Source: Somniosus microcephalus (Eukaryota). From it: a stretch of DNA of 64,000 nt. The DNA lies in contig CM126214.1 in NCBI GenBank assembly GCA_052327205.1, forward strand, positions 177,878,001-177,942,000, in the 5' to 3' direction. Position 1 is the stretch's first letter; every line of letters starts with the position of its first letter. Position numbers and translations under genes: made by a program. The notes under the pieces are model-generated. The model was not told where the DNA came from and searched no databases. It saw only the letters and a program-made list of their open reading frames with translations. This document shows positions 40,535-52,953 of the stretch, piece after piece.

Positions 40535-40742
40535 ATGATGGCCCAGCGGCATCGAGAGCTCTTGAGTCAACAACTTCGCCAGAGGCAGATGATGCATCGA
40601 GCCATGATTATGCGGCAGCAACAACAGCAGGGCTTCAGCCCTCCACCCAATGTAACGGCTCCCACTGGCATGGAAGGTCCTATGGGAGGTCCTCCGATAA
40701 CCCCGACATCACCACAGCAATTCTCGTACCCTCCAAATTATG
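40535..40742 (+). CDS. NCOA3: NCOA3 exon ([18 protein letters not shown]…[10 protein letters not shown]…QQFSYPPNY)
   Basis: AQRx[13 protein letters not shown] and YPPNYG motifs; cacag acceptor (5' boundary discussed in findings), G|gtatat donor. Confidence 0.9.
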
Positions 40743-41487
40743 GTATATATTTCTTCTTTTTTTTGCCTTTACTTTATCCCAGCACCTCTTATCAGTTGTC
40801 AGCATCCTCCTCCTTATCACCTCACCCCCCAAATATGTCTGACAGCTCACTGCTGGGCATTCCAGTATCAGACTACCTTTTGTCTGCTAATGCGGCTGTG
40901 AAGCACCTTGGGACGTTTTACTGCATTAAAGGCGCTATACAAACACAAGTTGTTGTTGGAGTCGGTCCGCATATCTCATTCACGAGCAGCTGGAATTTCA
41001 TTGGTGTGATCTCTTTGCTGAATTTAAATGCAAATGTTTTGAATCTGAATCTAAATATTCATCATCTTATTGGCAATTGGCAAATTTACCAGTCTAAAAC
41101 ATTCTATGTGCTTATTTTTAAACCTTCCACCAGCCTACTGTTACCTCAGGTATAATTTTATTTTCTCAAGCAGTTTTACATTTTTTTGGCATATTGTATT
41201 TATTTGAACAATGTTTTCCCTTCTCCTTCCCCAACATCTCTTCCCATACTTTGCTTCAATTGCTTGGTTAATTTAACTGCTTTTCCCCCAATACATTTCC
41301 CCCCATTACTGTCCTTGTATCTCTGTCTTTTGTTGACCATGTTTATAGTAAATAAGAGCGAGAACTTTGTAGACTTTATTATCTGATTAAGATCTTAAGA
41401 GATGCCCAGAATGGGATATTTTAAATAGCTACTTGGTAAATTATGGGCATCATAGTCTTGATTTTCACATGACCTCACAGAGATCTT

Positions 41488-42322
41488 GGGCTCGAATTTC
41501 CCAGGGCCGTGGAGGCGGGAACGGAGGCGTGTGGGGTGTTAAAATTGCAGAATTGGGGGGCACGAACCCTTCCCGCCCCCAACCCGCCTCCATGCCCGTT
41601 TCCCAGGAGGCGGGTACCCGACCTGTGCTGGGACCCGCCTCCCCGAGGTGGGAAGGGGATTAGTGCCAATTAACTGCCTGTTAACAGGTAGTTAACGGGC
41701 AGTTTTTGGCCTAATCCCTATTTTTAGCCCTGAAGTGTGGGCTTCCCGACGGCTCCAAACCACGCCAAGTTAGCGAGGTGGACCGTCGGCTTGAAGGGTT
41801 CGAGATGTCCGGTGTTCAGGTGAGTGATGGGTGCATGAATGCAGAGGTAAGTGTGTTTGGTGTGTGTAAAGTGTTTAAATAAGTTTTACTTACCTTTTAC
41901 TTACTAATGCAGGCTTCCTTCCTTCAGGTCTCGGGAGTCCCTCATCTCACCGGCACAGAAAGCAGAATGGCCACGAGCTGTCAAAAGTTGCAGCCTCTGC
42001 TTTCTGTTCTGGAGAGATTTCTAACTGAGTCTGTGGAGAAGGACTCAAGTTAGAAGTCAGATTGTCAGTGTTTGACAGCTTCACAGAGCTGTCAAATGCT
42101 GATATTTCATCTGTCAAAAGCTCTTGACAGATGAAATGTCAATCCCTGACGTCACATGTAACCGGGTGTCCCTTAATTGGCCTGCTGAGCCCGCTGGGCG
42201 GGCTCAACAAGGTCAATCAAGGGAAAATCGCGTGGGTTAGCCACAAATCGATGGAGGCGGGACTACAACCCAAAAAGTGGGAGTCCCGCCTCCATCACGT
42301 CCCCATTGACAAAATTCAGCCC
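41488..42322. mobile_element. PIF/Harbinger-type MITE, family A copy 3
   Basis: TIR GGGCTCGAATTT / AAATTCAGCCC; 3-bp TSD CTT; closely similar to copy 1. Confidence 0.8.
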
Positions 42323-42834
42323 CTTGTGTTGACCCTTCAGCCATACAGGCCAGCATGAGATGGGATACTACAACTAGCTTCAGTGTCTCTATACTCACGA
42401 GGGGAAGAATCCACCTGGCCTATTGTTATTGATCATTATCCAGAGATCTTCCACTGGAAAATGTGCTCGTGTGGACATGAGGGGAAGCCTGAATCCAGCT
42501 CGGTGATCTCTGCCACCACCACCACCCCCGCCCCCCCCCCCCCCCCCCAAACACAGTCAACTAATCTGTTGACGTTCATTGTCTAGGCAGACGCGAGAAG
42601 AATTACCATATGGGCAAGATACCCAGTAAGAGTCAGAATGGGAAAGACTCCAGAAAAAAGGAAATCTATCGATTTTATGCTAGAATTACAATGATACATC
42701 CTTGTCACTGACCGGAAAGGGGTGTTTTAAATAGGGAGTTGGTAAATGACTGTGTAGTTATTTAAAATTTGACAGGTTGATCTTAATGTTGATTGTAGAG
42801 AGAGACTGGATTAACTGTAGCTTTCTTTGCGCAG

Positions 42835-43009
42835 GGATGAATCAACAACCTGATCCAACTTTTGGCAGGGCTCCCAGCCCCCATAATGCACTCATGTCAA
42901 GAATGGGGCCTTCCCAGAATGCCATGATGCAGCACCCTCAGGCTGCTTCTGTCTACCAAACAACCACTGACATGAAGGGCTGGTCCACAGGAAACATTGG
43001 CGGAAATAG
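42835..43009 (+). CDS. NCOA3: NCOA3 exon, AD2 region ([10 protein letters not shown]…[13 protein letters not shown])
   Basis: QQPDPxFG and MKGW motifs; canonical splice sites; 175 nt. Confidence 0.95.
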
Positions 43010-43893
43010 GTACGGTATCTGGAGCTATTAGTTAATGCACATGAGCAATGAGGAGCAATTAGATCTTCTCAGCCTTAAGAGTTATCAGAGGGGACCTGAC
43101 AGCTGCAGTGTTGGTTCCAGCCAGACTCTATGTTATTTGCACTGCCTGACTGGAACATCCGTGCATCTGCTCAGGAGACAGCTCTGTGTGAATATGTGGT
43201 TGCAGCTGCTAAATTTTAAATGTTTCGATGTTTTATGTGCGAGGGTGGCAGCATTTGCATTCCATAACATTTAAATTAATGCCAGTTAGGTTTAAAAAAC
43301 AATCCAGGTAGCCTAAGGGACTCCCTAGCCGCTCTTTAAACCTGGTTTGACTCCACAGTGGACTAACACTTCATGCATCGTCAAGTCGAAGCGATACGAG
43401 ACCACCCCTTCTTGTGAGTCTCACACCACTTCTCTTCGAAGTCAGATTAAGCCCCGACTCCAAATTTATACGACAACTTTAGAGTGGGGTGTGAAGTAGA
43501 AACCACTTTACACCGATGCTAAAGCTGTAATGTAAACGCATCCTGATAGGGTATAGGGTAGAGATAGTAAAGTTAGAATGATACTTTTCAGATATGCCAA
43601 GGCTACAGACTATGAAGTGTCTGTATTTATTTCTTTACTTAGAAGGTGATCAAAAGCTGGAACAGTGGCTGATGCGAGCATATTCACCTAAGAAACTGCT
43701 AGTTGTTGTAATGGGAGGAGGTAGGGCTGGTATTTTGGAAGGATGAAATCAAAAGGGCCGAAAGGCCATCTTCATCTGAACCTACTTTGTGTCGTGTGCA
43801 TTTCACCGTCTTTAATGGACTACCATGCCCAGACTGAGGTTGCAGAGGTATGCATCAGTTCATTTTATTGATTACATGTTTGTCTTTTTGCAG

Positions 43894-44080
43894 CTCATTT
43901 CCACAGCAGTCTCCACAGCAATTTGGGCAACAGACAAATGCCAGCACGTACAACAGCCTGATGAATATGAACACCAACATGCCAGTAAATGCCAGTGGCA
44001 ACAGTATGGGTCAGATGCCAGGGCAAATGGGCATGGCTCCAATGTCTGTGTCAGGGATGTCAACCATGGGTCCAGAACAG
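43894..44080 (+). CDS. NCOA3: NCOA3 penultimate exon (SFPQQSPQQF…GMSTMGPEQ)
   Basis: MGP(E/D)Q exon end typical of p160 proteins; tgcag acceptor, CAG|gtgggg donor. Confidence 0.93.
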
Positions 44081-44092
44081 GTGGGGATATTA

Positions 44093-44675
44093 CTAGTCCA
44101 GCCCCAGCTGGAGTCTTGTGTCCAATTCTGGGCACCGCACTTTAGGAAGGACATGAAGGCTTTGAAGAGGGTACAGAAGAGATTTACTAGCGTGGTTCCA
44201 GGGATGAGGGATTACAGTTATGTGGATAGACTGGAGAAGCTGGGGTTGCTCTCCTTAGAGCAGAGAAAGCGAAGAGGAGATTTGATAGAGCTGTTTAAAA
44301 TCATGAAGGGTTTAGATAGAGTAAATAAAGAGAAACTGTTTCCAATGGCTGAAGGGTTGATTACCAGAGGGCACAGATTTAAGCTGATTGGCAAAAGAAC
44401 CAGAGGCGACATGAGGAGAAACCTTCTTTTGCAACAAGTGATTAGGATTTGGAAAGCACTGCCTGATAGGGTGGTGAATACAGATTCAACAGTAGCCTTC
44501 AAAAGGGAATTGGATAAATACTGGAAGGAGAAAGAATTACAGGGATATGGGGAAAGAGTGGGGGAGTGGGACTAACTGGTTTGCTCTTCGAAAGAGCCGG
44601 TGCAGACTCGATGGGCCGAATGGCCTCTTTCTCTGCTGTTTCTTTCTGTACTATTCTATGGTTCTATGATTCTAT
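44093..44675 (+). mobile_element. CR1 LINE 3' fragment with uninterrupted ORF2 C-terminus
   Basis: LVQPQLESCVQFWAPHFRKD…RRGDLIE…TRGH…; (TTCTATG)n tail. Confidence 0.92.
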
Positions 44676-45643
44676 TCATGAAAGAAAGAACTTGCATTTA
44701 TATAGCGTCTTTCACGACCTTGGGACGCCCCAAAGCACTTTACAGCCAATTAAGTACTTTTAAAGTGTAGTTACTATTGTAATGTAGGGAAGTGCTGCAG
44801 CCAATTTCCCACAGCAAAGTTCTACAAACAGCAGTGAGATAATGACCAGATAATCACCACACAGACTGCAGCAGTTCAAGAAGGCGACTCACCGCCACCT
44901 TCTCCAGGGCAATTAGGGATGGGCAATAAATGCCGGCCTTGCCAGCGATGCCCACATCCCAGGAATGAATTTTTTTTTAAATCAGTTAGATGGGCGGTCA
45001 GTGATGAGAGGCATGATAGATGAGTGGGATTTCATATGGAATAGGATGCAAGGCCCACTGTATTGAGTGAGTTGGATCTTATTTTAGCATGGAGCTCAGG
45101 AGGCCAGTGGGCAGATCTTTGGAGAAAAGGAGTCTGGTGCTTGGTTCTGTTCCTCCTACCAAATATTGAGAGTATTCCAATACTCTGTGATTCACTCCAA
45201 CCTGCTAATTGTTTGTGAAATTCTGATTCTTCAAAACTGACCAATTGTGACTCTATTTACAATGTTTGTGGTACCCCCCCATAAAAAATTCTGTATATAC
45301 TTTGAAAACCCCGCATGTGAAACATTGATGGGAGCTCGTGGAGTAGTTTGGAACTTAAAATGAATTTGAAATTAGAATTCTGTAGGCGCAGAAACATGTT
45401 GGGGCAAAGTGGAGGAAGCAGTGCTCTGCGTCTGGTCTATCTCTGGCTTGGTAGGGCTTGATGCTGTCATGGGAGCAAAAGTACATTCCCAGCACTGACT
45501 TCTCTCTCCTGGAGCACCAAAATGGAATTGTGTGAATCACTTTACTCAGTTGTGTAGGTTTTATATTGAAGTAGACTCGGGTAACTACCTGACTCTTAAA
45601 ATGTTCTCAATTACTTTCCTTTTCTCACCTTTCTCTGAAACAG

Positions 45644-45655
45644 AAGTATTGCTGA
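45644..45655 (+). CDS. NCOA3: NCOA3 last coding exon (KYC-stop)
   Basis: pyrimidine tract plus cag, then AAG TAT TGC TGA; KYC is the NCOA2/3 C-terminus. Confidence 0.94.
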   Translation, partial: KYC

Positions 45656-48316
45656 CAACTCAGGACGGCTGATCATCAATCCAAAAAGGTTAATTTGGGT
45701 CCACGTGGCTTTTGAGAGCAATGCACTGTGAGAATCTACAGCAAAGACACTTACACCGAGAAGGAAATGGCGCCACCTTGTGTGCTGCTGGGGATTGGTG
45801 CAGCCCAACCAGAACCACTGTGCCAGCCTGCTAAGGTGTTCATTTCTTAAGAAAAGAGAACTGTTTCTCTGTTTTTATTAGACGTGTTTGTTTTATCAAA
45901 AAGAAGACTCTTGGCAGCAGTACACCGCTGGGTCGAAAACTCGAATCGTTTAGGATTTGCTTTGGTTTTTAATTGTCCTTTAATGTCATCTGGTTGCTAC
46001 CTTTTCGCTTGCCAAATCTTGCATCTACTTTAATGCAGTACCTAGCCTTGTTTTTTTTTTCTGGCAGTATTGTGAAATGTCACTCATAATGTGGTCATTA
46101 CATTTACAAACATTTGGGGAAAAAAATGACTGCCGAGTGTCAGCATAGAACCGTGTGCTTATTGATGCACTTTAAAGAAGGCTGAAGTAGTCGAGGATCA
46201 CTGCAGTGTTTCCTGATCTGTGTAGCCATATCTGCACATTGGCAAATCCTTGTTTATGTTTTCCAAATCATCTTTGCGTTAAGTATCCCATTGGTATTTC
46301 GAAGATCACAGTGGAACACAAGTGTATGTATACCAACATCCAACTTTTTAAATCTGCATATGCAATGCCAAGCAATAATCTTCTTCATTTTAAAATATTG
46401 CAGATAAAATTTCAAATGGGGTAAATACAAGGTGCGTGCTGTTGACTCAAAGCAAGGTACTGCAGCATAAAACACCTAGAAGCTGGCTCCTGTGAATATA
46501 TCTTGTAAATAATGAATACAATATTATATTATATATACACTTTTATAGGTCACATTTACTGATTTTTTTTTTTTGCACAGCATTGGTGAGGCTAAATAAT
46601 TGACAGACTCCTATTTCTGTACACTTGCCTTTTAGCACCAGTTCAAGTTGTCAGTCCTGTTTGCACCTGGCCTTGACAATTGAGCCAATCTGTAAGAATG
46701 TGCAAAAAGTTCAGATTTTCCCATGTTGATCACCCAGATTTTATCTTGTGCCGCCAATCTAGCTTTTAACTTTTTAAAAGGCTGCATTTCTCTTTCTTCT
46801 CCTCCCTCCCCATAATTGCATTTATAAAAAGAGGTGCTTCTGAAAAGTGCAACTGCATCAATCTTATCTGAAAAATCAAGGCTTAAAACAGCCAAACAGT
46901 AACTGACCAAAAGTTTGAAAGATGATTTATTTCTCACTAGTACTCGTTTTAATTTATATTGAGACAGACTTGCCCATCAAGTGCCACTTGGCCACCCTCA
47001 CCTCTGTGAGAGGAAGAGTGAGGTTACCTGTAAATTGCTGAGCAGTAAATAAGTACTGAACCCATAGTGTCTGCTATGGTGATGGATGATGTGAGGATCA
47101 TTGTGAAGAGGGGACTTTGGCATTCCACTACTTCTACAAATGCAGGGAGATGGAATGAGATTTGCATCATTAAAATGCGATTCAATTCTGGTGACAGGTT
47201 TCAAGTGACATTCCCTCAAACAGCAGCTTATTTTACATAGTAGTACTCCAAAGGAATAATATTCTACCTAATTTCCTTATTTTGAGTGTAAATTATTGAT
47301 TCTGTGTGATTCTGAATGAGCAAGCTCCATGATGATTTGATGAATGACTGAGCAACATGCAGTTCATAGTGATGATGTTTAATTCAATGCACAACATATT
47401 TATGTTTAACTGTAAAACTAAATTTTGATTGCTTCTTGATTTTCGCAGGTAATGATATTCTGGGGGTGTGTATCTTCCTTTGTTTTGAAGAAGGAAGAAA
47501 ATTCTGTTCAGATTGATCTGGAAGTAACTGTGTTAGCAGTTAATGCCACTGATTTCAGGGTGTGTTCAGATTTGTTTAAACAAAAGCTAACTTTCTTGAT
47601 TGCAGTGTCTTTTCCAAAGTTTGTTAGAAATATCAAAGTAATACTGTAGTTGAAAGAAACAGATTGAACTATAGATGTTACACTGACAAATCAGCATAAA
47701 GGTAACATGCTCAATACAGGGACGTGGAATCATTTTGCACATCCAAGTCAGCTTGTAGTTCTTCTCCCTAAATGTTCATTGTCCTAGTTAATGAGTTTCT
47801 TTTTTTTACTTCTATCTTGCCTGTTTCTTCCATAATTTCTTTCTACTTTGCATTGTTTGGTTTGCTGCAGCTTCTAGTGTTTCACAAGATTGGGTATGTC
47901 TGCGAGTGCATTTGTTTTTTTCTGTTTTTTAAAGAAAAAAATGTACTTCAAGGCTATTTACACAAAATCATGACTAGCATTTTAATGCCACTGTCGCAAT
48001 GAGAACAACTTCTTTCCCCAAAAAGAGAGCAATTTAAATGGAGACTTTTTCTTCCTAATGACTGAGGTTAAATGTTCAGATGGTACAGAAATCTATGCAA
48101 CAATTCAACTGAAGTCTAAGGTTTCTGTGCTACTAATGCGGTTTGAGTCGGGCCACAACTGCAGTTCTGCCTCTGTAGGTCTGTTATTTTTTTTAAATCA
48201 ATATATACAATGTTACTGGAACTACTGTAGATAAAGACCATATCAAACCTGGTTTACCTTTGTTATTGTAACTTACATTTGTAGATGAGCAACTGTTAGA
48301 TGAATGGGATAGGATA

Positions 48317-48474
48317 AATACAAAAGCAAAATACTGCGGATGCTGGAAATCTGAAATAAAAACCGAAAGTGCTGAAAATACTCAGCAGGTCAGACAGCAT
48401 CTGTGGAGAGAGAAACTGAGTTAACGTTTCAGGTCGATGACCTTTCGTTATCCGCAGTGTTTTGCTTTTATATT
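48317..48474 (-). mobile_element. Penelope-like 3'-end fragment with an inverted terminal copy
   Basis: same repeat module; 48317-48341 is inverted at 48450-48474 (2 mismatches). Confidence 0.82.
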
Positions 48475-49456
48475 AGGGATAAGAAAAATGCTGTCTTTGG
48501 CAACTTTTATGAATATTATCTCAAATTTAACCTACCTTAGTTGAAGCAATGGGTATGTTTTGTGCAGCTAATGGCCTGAGGCCTCCTCTGATCATATTGA
48601 TCACTTAACAGAGTTTAAAAAAACCAACTAGTTGCTTTCAACAGCAGCAGATACATTCCACATCTACTGAATTGAGGTATTTTACTTAGTGACTTCCCCC
48701 GACCCCCAGGAGAAACAAAGCAAATATTAATGTAATTTTTGTTTCCTTTTGGATGAATTAATGACCGAGTCGCAACTGTTTTTAAACTGATAGAAGCTTT
48801 GCTTTATTGGGAGAGGTTTGATCAGCAGCATCTGATTTTTTTAAATTTAGAAGAATCCCTCTGTGATTCTGCTTAATGTGGTTAGGGTTTTTTTTAATTT
48901 TTTTATAAACGATCTGAAAGCTGTCTATAAGCATTGGTGTAGGCTTCTTTCAGCAGTTAATTGCTGCAATTTGCACACAGGGCCGACATTTGGCAGCCAT
49001 TGACTGGTGCTCCCTGGTGTGCAAATGAGCCAAAATAAAATTTGGCTGTCTGAAGCCAGCCATGCAGAGATGGAGCTGAGCAATACATGAAACAGAGGCA
49101 TTACAGTTCAACTGTTGCCTGGCCAACTTGTCTAGCAGAAAAATGGCTGAGTGACCGTTGTTTCCACTGAGTTGGAAATTGAGTCTCAGTCCTGAACTAA
49201 TGAAAAAGATGATTTTTTTGTTGTTGTAGTGGGACAAAAAATAGAAATGTGCCTCATTTATACATGGGCAGTTCAGAGTGAAAGTTTTCAAAATCGAAAT
49301 ATTAATTTCAGTGTACATTGACGGGCTTTTACTGTTGGGGGTGGGGTGGGTGAAAATCAGTTACTTTCATTGCTAAGTGATGAAAATACTCAGGTTTGCT
49401 GTACATCTAGACGGAGGTCGAAACTAACCAAAAAAAAAACGAACAACTAAACTAGC

Positions 49457-49935
49457 TTGACATTGTGAGGGGTCTGGTTACAATACAGTAACCTGACGTT
49501 GTGAGGGGTCTGGGGATAACCCAGTAACCTGACGACGTGAGGGGTCTGGGGATAATTCATCTGGGGATAACCCAGTAACCTGACATTGTGAGGGGTCTGG
49601 GGATAACCCAGTAACCTGACATTGTGAGGGGTCTGGGGATAACTCAGTAACCTGACGACGTGAGGGGTCTTGGGATAACCCAGTAACCTGACGATGTGAG
49701 GGGTCTGGGGATAACCCAGTAACCCGACGACGTGAGGGGTCTGGGGATAACCCAGTAACCTGACGATGTGAGGGGTCTGGGGATAACCCAGTAACCTGAC
49801 AATGCGAGGGGTCTGGGGATAACCCAGTAACCTGACAATGTGAGGGGTCTGGGGATAACCCAGTAACGTGACGATGTGAGGGGTCTGGGGATAATCCAGT
49901 AACCTGACTATGTGAGGGGTCTGGCTACAATGCAG
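49457..49935 (+). repeat. 36-bp minisatellite, ~13 units (ATAACCCAGTAACCTGACGATGTGAGGGGTCTGGGG)
   Basis: units counted directly; one 15-bp partial unit at ~49552-49566. Confidence 0.95.
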
Positions 49936-52286
49936 TAGCAGATTCATAGTGTGAAGAACCATATGGAAAACTAAATGTTTGATTATATCCAGTTGCACTT
50001 TTCTGTGTCCTGAGGAGGAAGTAGATATTAAAAATACTATGATTATATTCAGTGAAGAGTTCCCTTAAGAATATAACGAATTAAAGTGCATATTTTATTC
50101 ACTGATTATTATTTTATAACTCTTTTGCTTTATGGAGAAACTACTTGCTTTCCCTATTAAATGTAGGCATGACAATATAGCTGATCTCCACAATCCTGGA
50201 CTGAAACCCTGCATACTGTGGCTATTAAGCAGGATTCCATGTATAAAAGTGTTCAGATCTCAAACCACAGCCCAGTGTATGAACATTCCTCAGTGGCAAA
50301 AAATGCCCAGATACAGCTGGTGACCTGGTACCTTGTGCATTCAGGGCATTTCATTCTCAACACAAAGGTGAATTGTAGAGCTACTTGTCTGATTCAAGGA
50401 TTTGTTCTTTTTGTACTGGTTCATGGTGCATGGCATGGGATAAATCACTTGCATCTCGCAAGAGAAGGGTGTTACTCATATTGTATAGCATTTCCAAGTT
50501 ACAAAATGAGTTCATTTTTACATGACTTAAAGGAAATTCCTGGCTTTTTAGAAGCAGTACGAGATTCTTGCATTTTATTTTTTTAAGTTTCTACAGCGAC
50601 TTACTACAAGCATACGTTTAAAAAAAAAAAATTGTTATGGCAAACTCTGATAAAGGGTTTTTGTACAGAAAGAGATTTATAAAGGATACAAACTTAAATT
50701 AACTGCTGATCGTCTCAACTCAATCCCTTTTTTTTCTTAATGTAAGCAATATTTACAAAAGATCACTGCGCCAACTCCTGTTAGGACATGTGTTTGTTGC
50801 TTCAAAGAATGGAAAATGCCCGTGTTCCCAAAGGGTGAAAGGCCATCAATATTCTGACTCACTCATGAGATGTACAATCAACCTCACTACAGAGGTTAGA
50901 GGTATTTTTGATTCCCTGATACCGCAACAGGTTCACCTAGGGACGAGCTGAGCCATACAGACCAGAATGGCTCCAGACTTGATCCCTATTTTGTGCTGAG
51001 TTAGCTGATGTCAGCTGGTGGAGGGAGGGGAGAAAGGCACACTACAATTATCCTCATGACTCTGGGCTGGGGAGGAGAAAACTGGCTCAGATTCTCGCTC
51101 CTGGTCCTGCTGGAATTCAAGCATAAATGGATATCAGGGGAGCACAGGGGCAAGGTTGGCTAGAAGCCTACTGAGGTCAAATAGCCTGATGATGCACACT
51201 CTCCAGGTTTGCGGATGAGTAATGGCCACTTGGATCAGGTACCTGCGGAACAATACTCCAGCATGGATTCAATGCCTTCAGGAAGGAAGGAAGGGGAGAA
51301 AAGCATATTTCATGGGAATAGTATCACTTATTTTAATCAAAATTTTAAACAGCTTAGATTTTATTCCAGGTGAAATATGAGTAAGACTGTCTACGAATTG
51401 GCATCATTCTTTGAGCCTGAACCTTGACTGATAGCCACAACTCATTTGGAAATTGAAAGGGCTGGGTTGCAGGTCTGTTTCCAATCGCCAGACCTCCTCA
51501 TTAGTTTCCACCCCTTCCTGACAGTAAGTGACCATTTTACCCAATAATGCTTCACATCACAGAATGAGTTCAGAGCACTGTGAATAAAATGGAGTTATAT
51601 TTTTAATGCAGAAAATGACTGTCTTGAATTCCTATACAATAATTATTATGTGCGATCTGAACTGGGTGCTCTTGGAGGTTTGGGATTTCTAGGTAAAATG
51701 TGTGCGATTAGAGTATAGATTTTTGATTTTTTTTTTCCATTTTTAGATTGCATACTGCTATAGAAATCTGATCATGTATATTCAAACCCTTTTCTTACTG
51801 ATAACACCAAATTGTACATTAATATAGTTAATGTATAGGTTTACCCAGTGGAGCAAACTATTTATTATTTAAATAAGAAATAATTAAATGCAGGTATTAT
51901 AATGAGTCACTTTTTTCCTTTTTATTTCTCCCTTTAGCCTCAGCCTAATTTTTATGTTTTTAATTTTCTGTATCAAATTTTGTTGGTGGCAGACACCCGT
52001 TAAAAAAATAAAATACTGAAATTGATAAATTTATCATGCTGTAAAAGCAATATTTGAAAGGCCAACTGGAGGCGACCTACAGTATTGAAGAGTAGTGAGG
52101 ATTTAATTTAGCTCCGTCTAAAGATTTCTAATATTGCTATTTGTATCCCAATGTTACATTTCATGCAAAGCAAGGTATGATAGAAAATTTGTTTAAAAAA
52201 ACCCACAAAATAATTAAAAAAAACATAAAGTTGTTAGCAGATATTGCTTTTACTGATTTATTTGCCTCTTTGATGTTAATGTTGTA

Positions 52287-52422
52287 AATAAAGATTTCTA
52301 TTTAAAATGTCTTTGGCGATTTGTTACTGTATCTTGCTATTCAGCTGTTTGGAAACAGATGTTGTAAGAAAGCATTCTGTAAAAGATGTACATTAAATAC
52401 ACACAAGCCATGTCTGAATAAA
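52287..52422 (+). terminator. candidate polyadenylation signals AATAAA at 52287-52292 and 52417-52422
   Basis: hexamers seen directly, with upstream TGTA and downstream GT/T-rich elements. Confidence 0.5.
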
Positions 52423-52734
52423 TTTTCATGATATTAAAGTGTGTGAATGTGAATGTTAAAAGAAACATACAGTTGTACCACGCTGTGTATCATTTTATTT
52501 ACTATTAATGGTTAAAAGATTGTCCTACACACTCTTTTTAGTCAGGGGAAAAAGGTGGTCTCAATTGTTAGGAGTCTTACTGAGTGTTTTTGTCCCAGAT
52601 ATCCCTCATACATCATTGTAATACTCAATGATGTAGGTTTACAGTTTTAACATAAGATTAACAGAGTATTTGGTTAAATGCAATATCCTTTTGCTTTTGT
52701 GCAAATCCATATTTTTAATATCACCTCGCTGAAA

Positions 52735-52953
52735 AAGCACCGAACACCGAGTCTCTTCGCCGGGAGCAAGCGGAAGCCAAGCGCAAGGAGCACACGTCAA
52801 CCCAAGCACCCCACCCACCCGCCCCTTCAACCACCGTCTGCCCCACCTGTGACAGAGGCTGTAGGTCCCGCATTGGACTCTTCAGTCACTTGCTTCCACA
52901 TTAAAAATGAGTTCGCAAGTCATCCTCGGTTCCGAGGGACTGCCTAAGAAGAA
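52735..52953 (+). mobile_element. RTE-clade LINE 3' end
   Basis: encodes the CPTCDRGCRSRIGLFSH zinc knuckle; (AAG)n tail. Confidence 0.68.

Larger units (their letters stand above)
45656..52440 (+). other. NCOA3: probable long NCOA3 3'UTR
   Basis: AT-rich and relatively repeat-poor; ends in clustered AATAAA (52287, 52417) and ATTAAA signals followed by GT-rich sequence; the true end is not provable from sequence alone. Confidence 0.55.

Noticed and set aside
33172-42358. Three similar short ORFs (MKCQSLTS…PLIGLLSPLGGLNKVN…) suggesting a peptide family
   Set aside because: They are the same segment of three MITE copies; the similarity reflects the DNA repeat, and the stops lie outside or at the element ends
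3734-45655. NCOA2 or NCOA1 as the identity of the main gene
   Set aside because: [14 protein letters not shown], ALQAISEGxGxSLLSxLSSPG, GNSPAEVAKxTAEATGK, KKKENNALLRYLLD and GEWGLPNS fit NCOA3 best
49457-49935. CRISPR-like periodic 36-bp repeat
   Set aside because: Units are directly tandem with no unique spacers, there are no cas genes, and the context is vertebrate
49447-49998. 183-aa repeat protein on the - strand
   Set aside because: Fully explained by a stop-free 36-bp unit; no ATG-led gene structure or splice context seen
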